From positions 1,141,133-1,205,132 of the forward strand of contig NMRA01000059.1 in NCBI GenBank assembly GCA_002633005.1: DNA of 64,000 nt, read 5' to 3'. Within the stretch, counting starts at the first letter, position 1. Each line of letters opens with the position of its first letter. The notes below the pieces were generated by a model. That model was not told the DNA's origin and did not search any database. It saw only the letters and a list, made by a program, of their open reading frames with translations. Below, one piece after another: positions 11,953-23,900 of the stretch. Both the position numbers and the translations under genes were made by a program. The stretch is from Phoronis australis (Eukaryota; Animalia; Phoronida).

Positions 11953-14900
11953 GTGGGTAGTTAGGTTTACCTGTTTTTATGTTTTTATCGTTACGCGAAA
12001 CTGTAACTATTGGAGAAGGTAACCTTTAAGTGAACTCTAAGCTATAAGAAGTCATATTTTTACAATAACGTTAAGTTACTGAAACTGGATCAGGGAACTT
12101 GATTGTTATTCTGTTGTACTTTAGTCACTTGATTTTGTGCTAGTGTACACTGTAACTGTGGTTTACAGCATTGAGAGTCTCATCCAAGTTTGCTCTTGGT
12201 GACACTTAGGCTCTTATCTGAAAGAGTAAACCATAATACAGGTTTCTCTACTTCTCAAAATTCAATAAGAGCCAAACCATGTTGGAGCATGCATGATGGG
12301 GACTAGTAGCCATTGAAAAGGACACCCTCCGTGCGTTCAGTAGACGCTAGGACCTAGCTAAAACCTAGTCAAAGTCATGTGTTCTCATTTAAATGCACTG
12401 CAATATCTCACGTAATCTCGCGAAGTCTTGCTTTTTAGCGAGGTCCTAGCGTTACTGAACGGGAGGCCTGTTCAGAATTTGTGTCATTTCTAATCATAAC
12501 CATGGGTGTGCTGGAGGTATTTATATATGGTTTGAAACTGCACACTGCACTGGTGTGACCTACTTTTTAGACACTTCAAAGTTTAGCTTTCCTACCAATA
12601 TATCTCATAATTCCTCCAAAGCATTTGACAGACCCAGAGCATCAAACAAAAGATTAAAAGTTCTTTTAATAATATCAATGCCGATTTTAATATCAATTAG
12701 ACATATTAAGTACTACTAACATGAGTTCTGATGTGACCTAGTTTTTAGTGACACCTGTTGTCAAGTTGAATAAGCTCATAAAAGCTCTAACTTGCCACTA
12801 GATGTCAGTCAAAATCAAAATTGTCTTTATTAAGCCAATTAAATTGTTTCTTTACAGATTGACTTGCAAAATTTTAAAGTTAGAATGACAAAGTAAATTA
12901 GACATTTGATTAAGCAAGCTAGATGACTCCATGAAATTTTTGTTATTTAAAGATTTTTGCAGATTTTATTAATGATAATTTGAACTCTTGTAGTGTCATA
13001 CAAAGGTATACATATAGTGTTGACTGCCTCTAACATTCTTTAATGGGCTTGATGTTGGTTAATCAGGTCCTGCTTTGGTGTTGAGGGCTGAAATACCAAG
13101 CCAGGCTAAAAGGTCAAACCTGACGCAGCACTTTTCAAACTTGATGCAGCAAAATGCTAACTCGTTACAGCGTGGAGTTAAAACAGGTCGTGGAGAACAC
13201 TGCCAATTAAAGTAGACAAATAGGTATGGGCGACTTTTAAGTTGCCAGCAGCAGCCCTGGGAGCTCATTGGCCTGAGAAGAAAAGAAAAGTTAGTTTAGA
13301 AGTGATGTAAGATACGAATAAGTTTATGGCACAACCATGTCTCCTCAGTAAGATACAATAATTTGACTTGGGCTTATAAAGAACGCTGATCTGGTTACTC
13401 TCGATATAAAGAAAGTATGTCATGTTCGGAAGAAAGGTGGTGTGGGCAAATTGTCACTGACCAGTGCCAATAGCTATGATTGCCACGATAGACATACTGA
13501 AGGTGTTTCCCATTTCTTCAGTTTTGATAAGCTAACTCTGCATTTCATTTTGATAATCGAGATATTTATTTTGATGGTTAATTTTGTTGTACTTACTGCT
13601 TGACTTGCTGGAAAGTTTATATCATAATTCTGTTATGTATTTCAGGTGATGGTGCTTCAAGGTGACAAGCACGAAGTCACGGCGCTGGCTAAGAACCACG
13701 ACAATTCTCGTCTTGCAGTGGGCTACGAAGACGGCGCAATTCGCGTTTTTGACGTGACTTCTTCCACCAGTGGGAGTGGGGAGCCGACGGTCACATTTAG
13801 TGGCCACAAGAAGGGAGTGACCGCCCTTGCATACGATGGTGATGGAGTTAGGCTTGTGTCGGGGTCAAAGGACACGGACGTCATTGTGTGGGATATTGTA
13901 GGAGAGTGTGGATTGTACCGTCTGAAAGGTCATAAAGGCGCCGTGACGCAGGCGCGCTTCATGTCGACGGACAACTACCTGGTCACAAGGTGAGCGTGTC
14001 TGTTGGGTTGTGCTAAAAATGTACAAGTGTCTGTAAATGTTTGCTCATTTTGCCAGTCTCATGTAAGGCGTTGTCAATGGAAATTATGTCATTTTATTTC
14101 ATTTCTTTCAACCTTTATTTCAATAGTGATAGGCAAAGACACAGTTGTTGTTTGAGATAATTAGTTGTTGGTACACAACTCTTGGGCCTAACCTTGACTG
14201 ATCAGGCTTTGACTACTGTGGCGCTTCCTAGTGGTAGTTTTGTTTTGTTTTGTTTTGCGCCCATAGCTGTATTTCCTAAACCCACTGCAGGATCTTTATC
14301 AAATTTAATTACTAAGTGTATTTATATGAAGGTAACAACAGACAACGACGACTTTCTGACTTATCCAATGAACAATGTGCCCTCTAGTGGCAATTTCATT
14401 TTATTCTGTTTTCGTTTGTTTCTCTGAAGTTCTGTGACAGATTTATATGAAATTTAGTGTATAGCTTTCTATTAAAGAAGCAATGACATGTTCCCATTTT
14501 TGGATGGATTGTACGTTTTTGTGCCATCTAATTGCTATTTTTGTGACATAAATAAACACCCCTAAAGCACACCATTTGCAATGCATTCGTGGGTGCATTT
14601 CAACGCTCCGTGTTGCTCGTGTTGTGCTTTAAAACAGAGAGGAAATTTGTACACGATAAAACTCGCACAAACCAGACATAAGTAAGATTTTTGCTTAACT
14701 CAGACAAGTTCCGTGGTGCGGTTGTTAAGTTTGTTCTGATTTCGTCTTGTGTGTATAAAATCCCTCGGTCCAGTTTTATACGACTTGTGCCAGTTTTACC
14801 ATACAGTACATGCTTAAATATCCATTCTAAACATGGTTTGGGCCTCTGACTCTAGATACAAAAGGTTGCCAAATGACTCTAGATACAAAAAGTTGCCAAA

Positions 14901-17900
14901 TGTGACTCTAGATACAAAAGGTTGCCAAATGTGACTCTAGATACAAAAGGTTGCCAAATGTGACTCTAGATACAAAAGGTTGCCAAATGTGACTCTAGAT
15001 ACAAAAGGTTGCCAAATGTGACTCTAGATACAAAAGGTTGCCAAATGTGACTCTAGATACAAAAGGTTGCCAAATGTGACTCTAGATACAAAAGGTTGCC
15101 AAATGTGACTCTAGATACAAAAGGTTGCCAAATGTGACTCTAGATACAAAAGGTTGCCAAATGTGACTCTAGATACAAAAGGTTGCCAAATGTGACTCTA
15201 GATACAAAAGGTTGCCAAATGTGACTCTAGATACAAAAGGTTGCCAAATGTGACTCTAGATACAAAAGGTTGCCAAATGTGACTCTAGATACAAAAGGTT
15301 GCCAAATGTGACTCTAGATACAAAAGGTTGCCAAATGTGACTCTAGATACAAAAGGTTGCCAAATGTGACTCTAGATACAAAAGGTTGCCAAATGTGACT
15401 CTAGATACAAAAGGTTGCCAAATGTGACTCTAGATACAAAAGGTTGCCAAATGTGACTCTAGATACAAAAGGTTGCCAAATGTGACTCTAGATACAAAAG
15501 GTTGCCAAATGTGACTCTAGATACAAAAGGTTGCCAAATGTGACTCTAGATACAAAAGGTTGCCAAATGTGACTCTAGATACAAAAGGTTGCCAAATGTG
15601 ACTCTAGATACAAAAGGTTGCCAAATGTGACTCTAGATACAAAAGGTTGCCAAATGTGACTCTAGATACAAAAGGTTGCCAAATGTGACTCTAGATACAA
15701 AAGGTTGCCAAATGTGACTCTAGATACAAAAGGTTGCCAAATGTGACTCTAGATACAAAAGGTTGCCAAATGTGACTCTAGATACAAAAGGTTGCCAAAT
15801 GTGACTCTAGATACAAAAGGTTGCCAAATGTGACTCTAGATACAAAAGGTTGCCAAATGTGACTCTAGATACAAAAGGTTGCCAAATGTGACTCTAGATA
15901 CAAAAGGTTGCCAAATGTGACTCTAGATACAAAAGGTTGCCAAATGTGACTCTAGATACAAAAGGTTGCCAAATGTGACTCTAGATACAAAAGGTTGCCA
16001 AATGTGACTCTAGATACAAAAGGTTGCCAAATGTGACTCTAGATACAAAAGGTTGCCAAATGTGACTCTAGATACAAAAGGTTGCCAAATGTGACTCTAG
16101 ATACAAAAGGTTGCCAAATGTGACTCTAGATACAAAAGGTTGCCAAATGTGACTCTAGATACAAAAGGTTGCCAAATGTGACTCTAGATACAAAAGGTTG
16201 CCAAATGTGACTCTAGATACAAAAGGTTGCCAAATGTGACTCTAGATACAAAAGGTTGCCAAATGTGACTCTAGATACAAAAGGTTGCCAAATGTGACTC
16301 TAGATACAAAAGGTTGCCAAATGTGACTCTAGATACAAAAGGTTGCCAAATGTGACTCTAGATACAAAAGGTTGCCAAATGTGACTCTAGATACAAAAGG
16401 TTGCCAAATGTGACTCTAGATACAAAAGGTTGCCAAATGTGACTCTAGATACAAAAGGTTGCCAAATGTGACTCTAGATACAAAAGGTTGCCAAATGTGA
16501 CTCTAGATACAANTGTTTCATTTGTCACGGCGTGTTTCATTTGTCACGGCGTGTTTCATTTGTCACGGCGTGTTTCATTTACTAAGCATGGCCAGGAGGA
16601 CTACTGAGGTGCCAGACTAAAACTCACTTCTGATCTGAGTAAAGTTGGACTACTGTATGTGTCGTAATAACCGCCCATGGCCCTATAAGTGTCCCCACGC
16701 GTTTTCAGACTTTGATAAAATAAGCGCCCAGTCCACGAACGTGTACGTGCAAAAAATGCCTTACCTACAGCCTAAAATTCTACAGTAAAAAATGTTTGCG
16801 TTATTTTTAAGATGGATTATTTGATTAATCATAATTGACTACTGACAGTGAATGCTTACACACCCTTACATCGAAAAATAACAATCAAATAGTTACTTAC
16901 GCATCCAGCCACATGGCGTCTAATATGGGCCTTACCGAGACAAATGTTGAACGTTCGTAGCACACGAGACCGGCAAGTGCTGAATGAAACACGCTCTGGT
17001 TTATGCCCACTACTCATTAGATTGCGTGGCTCTGGCCAAAAGATGGTCTCTGCTCTGGCAAATGAACTCTGGTGACACCCCAGCGCGTGCTCGATTACTC
17101 ACAAACGAAGACGAACTTCAAAACAAATGTCACGTGACAACAACATGTCTGTTCGTCCAGACATTTTTCTCGTGTTGCCAATCATACATGTAGATGGCAC
17201 GATGTAGCACAGATTTTTACTTAAACCTGCCGTTAATCCCAACTCCATGGGAACTTAAAAACCATATTAAAACTACTTGGAAAAGTTAAGGAGGATTTCA
17301 GGTAATTTGCTTGAGTCGAAACTGTATTTTTATTCAAGCATTCAAGTTGCCATATCGACGATTGCGAGGCAGTCAGTCGGCGAGTTTTCACCCTAGGATT
17401 TCAGCACAATTTTCTTTAAAACGATCGTAATTTAGTAGCAAAGTTTGATAGCAACAGCACCACGGTTTTGTAGAAAGTCTTTCATGGATTACAGATACGT
17501 CACAGAGCGTAAATATGATGAATCTTAGCTTCCAATTTCACCCGTTTCGGAGACCGGGTTTCAACCGCCTTGGGTTATAATAAGCGCCCCCCCTGAAACG
17601 AACTTTTCTAAGCGCCCTGGGCGGTTATTATGGCGAATACGGTAATCTATTAACGGTACAAAACTAACTGCCAAAAGTGTCATTTTTCCATTTTTCAAAA
17701 ACTAATTACTTTAAATTACAACAAATGCAATATTTACTAAGTTATTCTATGACATCTACACAGTATTAAACGTGCTACCAATTGACTAAAATTTTCTTTA
17801 CTGTTTTTGTGAAGAAATTTGACAAATACACAAAACGTACCGAGAGTGCCGTACACGAAGTTATATCCCATAAGACATTATTCTGCGTATCGACTGAGAC

Positions 17901-20900
17901 CGAAGGTCTAGGTCGATACGTGGAATAATGTCGAGTGGGTTATTACTTCATGTACGCCAATTGAGGTACGTTTAGTATTTATCCCATATGCTTCAAATTC
18001 CTAAGTTTCTTTCATTTTTAGGCAGATTTTCTAAAAACTTCACTCTGACTGTTCACGTGGCGGATCACATCCTATATGTATGTACTTGCGCGTTAGGCTG
18101 CAAGTTTTCTCTAGTAAAAGATACGATTTATTACTTGAAAAGAGATAACAAGGATGAAAATAAGAGTAACTTTTCATTGAACTTGCAACATCTCCTGAAA
18201 GTAGTTAATTGACAACAATTTGATATTGTAGTTACTGGTGGATTAAGTGCCTGAGTTGCAGACGATAAAATATTTAGTAAATGATAACTAAGACAGAACT
18301 GTTATATAATCAACTGTCCTGTTCCAGATGTTACGATTGAGACCTGATTGTATGTTGAGCGTTATTTACACTGTTATAATTGTATTACTTTAAACTATTT
18401 TCCGAAAGTTTGGTGGTCGAACTGGCTAACGACGTTGAGTCAACATTGACCTACCTTTTGAACTTTCCATGTCAGAGGTCACTGCTGAAGTAGTGCGAGA
18501 GGTGAATTTACGGAAAACCTCATTACATGGCCGTACTTCCCTTGACAGATTCAACACGTATGGGATAAAATAGAATCTCATTTGTCAGCCATATTATGTT
18601 CTAAATGAGTGGAGAATTATTCTTCTTTATGGAAGGAACTATCAAAGCACAAATTGTACCCAGTTAAATCATTAAGAACATATTTAATTGTTGTCTCTCT
18701 GTCCTTCAGTAATCCTATTATGCTACCTGTCTACGTTTTGGTCTTCTGTTTTATCATGCCTTCCCTCAGCTGTTCTATACTTCATTGCAGAGCCCCCTAG
18801 TGTGCTCCAGGGTTGGGTCCATCATGAGACAGAGCCGCCAGCGTCTGGTCAACATGGTGCTGGACAGAACGGGACGTATGCTGGCCTGTCACGTAAGTGT
18901 TGGTCCTACTTCGCTGCATATCTCCCGCATGAGTTTGTGTGCCAACACACTCAGCTCTTGGAGTTTGTAATCTATATTTCTCTGTCAACTTTTTTCGTAA
19001 TTTTTTTACACAAAAATAAAGCTGATCCTGAAAATTTGTTTGGTTCTTTTTCATCGGGAGTAGTCTGGCATGCAGAAGCAAACATCAGACTTGGAATTTT
19101 TTATGTGAGAAAGCAGGAAAGTCATCCTGTCTTGAAGTTGTTGAATAGACGGCTGCAGTGGGTAATGAATGGAATGATAACCCACAATGCACATTTCACG
19201 TTATTGGCTTTTTGGCACATTTCATCTGAATTTCCCACCACACTACAATGGTAATTTGCAGAAAACCTGACTTTTTTCATTGTCTGAAATGAAGAAATCT
19301 GTTTGAACAAACACAAGATTCCGTTCTTTTCGTCTTGTAAATAGCAAATTTCTTATTTATATGTGAACGCATTATGCCGTCATCTCCGTCCGTCCGGGCG
19401 GCGTCCGTCCGGCGTCCGCTGCTCTATCTTCAAAACCCTTTGACATTCATTTATGAAATTTGGCAAATCTTCCATTCATGAATGAGACCGGACGGCATGA
19501 GCGAACTTTTGAACGGATCCGATTACCAGTGTGCCCCCTAGTGGCAATTTTATCTTTTACATTTACCGCTGTATCTTCAAAAGTCCTGAACGCATTTTCA
19601 TGAAATTTAATATATAGGCACCTATTATTGAGATGACGCTATCCTTCCGTTTTCGGATGGATTTGACGTAGTTTGCACCACCTAATGGCCATTTTTACTG
19701 TTTTCGAGTCTGTTTTTTGCGTCTACCCTCTATCAACCAAACCGCTTAAAGGATGATTGTGAAAATTGGCATGTATGTCTTAACTATAAAGAGGACGTTT
19801 GACGATGATTTTCCGACGATTTCGACTACTGTGGCGCCTCCTAGTGACAGTTTTGTTTTTGTTGCGCCTATGGCTGTATCTCCTAAACCGTTCGCAGGAT
19901 CTTTACTTAATTTAGCAAGTGTATTTATATGATGTTGACTACGAATGACGACGACGTTCGGACAGATCTGACCACTTCTGTGCCCCCTAGTGGCAATTTT
20001 AGGTTTTTACGTTTAACTCGGTATCTTCAAAGGTCCTCAACAGATTTTCATAAAATTTTAAAGATAGGCATCTATTGGTGTGATGACGCTATCTTCCTGT
20101 TTTTGGATGGAAAGTAGCCATTTTCGCTGTTTTCAAATCTTGTTTTTGGTGTCCGCCCCTGTATCAACCAAATCATTTGAAAATTGGCATATATGTTTAC
20201 AGTGTGAATACGACCTTTGATGATGGTGACTGACTACTGTGGCGCCTCCTCGTGGTAGTTTTGTTTTGCGCCCGTAGTTGTATCTCCTAAACCCACTACA
20301 GGATCTTTACTAAACTTAGTAAGTGTATTTATATGAAGATAACAACAGAAGACAATGACTTTCCGGCGGATCCAATGTGCCCACTAGTGGCACTTTCATT
20401 TTGTTCTGTTTTCCTGTGTTTCTCTGAAGTTCCTTGACACATTTTTATGAAATATGGCATGTTCCTGTTTTTGGATGGATTGTATGTTTTTGCGCCATCT
20501 AGTGGCCATTTTTATGATTCAAATAAATAACCCTAAAAGCACACCATTTGCAATGCATCCGTGGGCGCATTTCAACGCCCCGTGTTGCTCTTGTATTATT
20601 TTAAAGTGATTAAATAACATAAAATCATCAATTGGATTTTATTACTATTTCTGGTAAATTATGCTGTAGCTATGTTTTACCGGTAACTTCTTTATTGTTT
20701 ATCTTGTCTGGAAACCACCTTCAGAAAGAATGAACAACTACTTGAACATGTCCGCTGCTAAAGCAATTGTTGATTGATTTGAATTGTGGACAGAATTGGG
20801 GCATTTGATGGATTATATTCTTAAATTTTGTTATCTACTACTGAAGTATGTTATTTGCGTCCGAAAACTCTTATTCTGTAAAGAAGCCGGTTTATTTGAA

Positions 20901-23900
20901 TTATATCCATTTTCTATTGACGCAGAAAATAAAGGTTTAAAGTTGAATGCATAATGATCGCGAAGAATTTTAGATTGCTCAAAAATCCACATTCTCAACC
21001 CGTGTACCTTACAGGTGAAATTGAAAAGTGATCCCACAAAATTAATAATTTTAATAGTTAACATGTCGTGTTTCAACACAGCGTATTCTGATCTATTATC
21101 AGGTCTTAGGAAATGGCTGCACCTTGAGTGTCACTGGTCTCTTAGTCACTCTTTGTATTTTAATTCAGGGTCCGGATGCGCAGTTGGAAGTTTTCCGTGT
21201 CCTGTCCGACGAAGACAAAGCCAAGAAACTTCACAAGAGAGAGAAGAAGGCGAAAAAGAAGGCACTGTATGTATTAGTGTTAGAACTTACTGGATTTGAC
21301 TTTAAGGGTTTATTTGACAACTGCTGTAAGTTTGCACTCACTGAACAATTGATCGTCCTGTTTAATTGAGTTGCGTAACAGTTTACTGTCCACATACTCT
21401 TTTTTAATGCTTAGGTTCATTTAGAATGCAACCAGGGCTGGTGAGAACCAAACTTAACCTGAGTCTCGACTCGAAAGTTTGCAAATCGCGTGGTTTGCTT
21501 CAATTATATTTTTCAATTTCATGCGATGTGATAGGTCAGTTTTCGAGTTGAGTCTCAAATAAAGTTTGGTGGTCACGGGTCCTGATTTTGGTTTTAGTTT
21601 CTGCCTGTCCATTCTAACTCATAGCTTGACTCTGAAGTGTATGCATGCAGACCAGAATTTAGTGACTATGGCATTTCAGCCTTGCACAAGAATCTTTGTT
21701 GATCACTGTTTTTTCCTTTTGACACCAGGGAGTCTGGGGAGGACACTGAGGACGCCTCTCTGAAGCTGGAGGATGAAATCCATCGAGTTAGTGTCATAAA
21801 AACATCTAGCAAACTACGTAGCTTTGATCTGTGGTTGGACTCCAAGACGAACATCCTGACAGTAGGTGCCCTTTTTCTTTCGTCTTTTTTCATCAACGTA
21901 AGCACAAAGGTTTTCAGACCGCTCCAACTACTGTGGTGACCCCTAGTGACAATTTTTGCATCTATGGCTGTATCTCGCAAACACCTTGCAAGATCACAGT
22001 TTGGAAAGTGTATTCCTATTGACAGCTGATGCACTGTGCATCTTAATGGCATGTGATGCTGCCACTATGCATCTTAATGGCATGTTTGGAGTTCCTTGGA
22101 ATATTTTCATAAAATTTAGCTAATGGATTTGTATTAGAGAGACGACACCTTCCCAATTTTCAATGCTTGGAATTTTCCGCGGAAACGCGGATTTCCGCTT
22201 TTTTCATATGTTCTGTCCGTGCATTTTATTATATTTCCACGTAAAAATATCAGATTTGATGTAAAATTTCCACGGCAAATTGCTTTCTTATCACGGCGTT
22301 GCCGACGACGTTCACCTCGAAAATCGGAAGATGCTCTTTATGTGTCGAAGAAACGTAAATTGTCAACATTGCCGGGGCATCTGGGATAGCGTGGTGGGAT
22401 TTTCAATGGCGACTTGTGTGATTGTAAACCGCGGTGACAAACGTGACAAATACTACGGCTCTGCAGCCAAAAATGTGTGGGGGTGGGAGTGGACGGTTGA
22501 GCCAAGAAGACGCAGATGCATGCTACTGATGGTGGTAACGTTTTTTTTTTTAATCCCGATTTTTGTTGTCAGCGAAAGGTTCACATCCGCATGTTTTGGG
22601 TCGTTAAAGTTTCTGTGTTTTTTGTCATTGGTCATTCCAAGCCCTGAATTTTGGACAGTTGTGCCATCTAATAGCCATCTAATATCCGGAGAAGCACATA
22701 ATTTGCGGTGCATTCGTGGGTGCATTTCAATGTTCTCTTTGCTCTTGTTGAATGGGGAGGTGCTCTGCCAGAAAGTTTTGTTTTATGCATTTTAAGTGTT
22801 GAAAATTAAAATTCTAAGTATTCTAAAGTATTTTAATTTTGCACTTGTGTTGAACTTGGGCTCGTCATTATGCTCTGGTTTGGAATTTAACAACTGTCAG
22901 GAAGATATCCAATCAGAGACCATGTTCGCGATGTCAGTTGATTCAAGCTATCCCTATTGGTTCCAGATGTGTGGTCTGTTGTCTAACAATACAGTAGAAT
23001 TGTACGGTATAAATGTGTCAGAGAGGAAGCCGGACCCGGTCAGCCTTTACAAACTGACTGCCCCGGGACATAGGACAGATGTGCGCACCCTGGCATTCAG
23101 CTCGGACAACACGGCTGTACTGTCCGGCAGTGGAGAGGCTGTCAAAATTTGGAATAGGTTGGTAGCTTCACCATTGGTTAGGAGTTGGGGAACAGCTGAA
23201 GTCATGTTAGGTTTGGTAGAGAGTGATTTGTAACTTGGATAAAATCGGTCAAGATACATTTGTGTATGGTTTCGTTATAAATTTCTCATGTTCACAGTTG
23301 CGTGTTTTCTTCAGTAGCCTAGCAGCAAGTAAGCAGTTTAGACAGTGGTATATTTAGATTATGTAGGACCTTTATGTTGGACCTTATCAACAAGTGTGTG
23401 CATTCAGCCATATAAGTACACAACTACAGAGTGTAGCAAAAGTATACATTCACTCTCTGCTTGTATGTCCCTCTTCCCGCTGTCATGTGTATTTCACTGT
23501 TTATTCCGCTACATATGTACACAACTACAGAGTGTAGCAAAAGTATACATTCACACAATGCTTGTATGTCCCTCTTCCCGCTGTCATGTGTATTTCAATG
23601 TTTATTTCGCTACATATGTACACAACTACAGAGTGTAGCAAAAGTATACATTCACACTCTGCTTGTATGCCCCTCTTCCCGCTGTCATTTGTATTTCACT
23701 GTTTATTTCGCTACATATGTACACAACTACAGAGTGTTGCAAAAGTATATATTCACACACTCTGCTTGTATGTCCCTCTTCCCGCTGTCATTTGTATTTC
23801 ACTGTTTATTTCGCTACATACATGTTCATTCTACTTATCGCCTGAGGATGAGACATGCAGTCTCGAAATATAACAGGTGTTCTAATTTGTTTGTTTGTCA

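Noticed and set aside
13059-13290. Antisense acceptor-like site and 69-aa ORF in a WDR3 intron
   Set aside because: No recognisable protein and no partner exons.
14847-16512. CRISPR-like array (29-bp repeats)
   Set aside because: Head-to-tail identical units with no spacers, no cas genes, and located in a eukaryotic intron.
18688-19254. 188-aa ORF
   Set aside because: It overlaps a real WDR3 exon in another frame and runs through intron sequence; no homology recognised.
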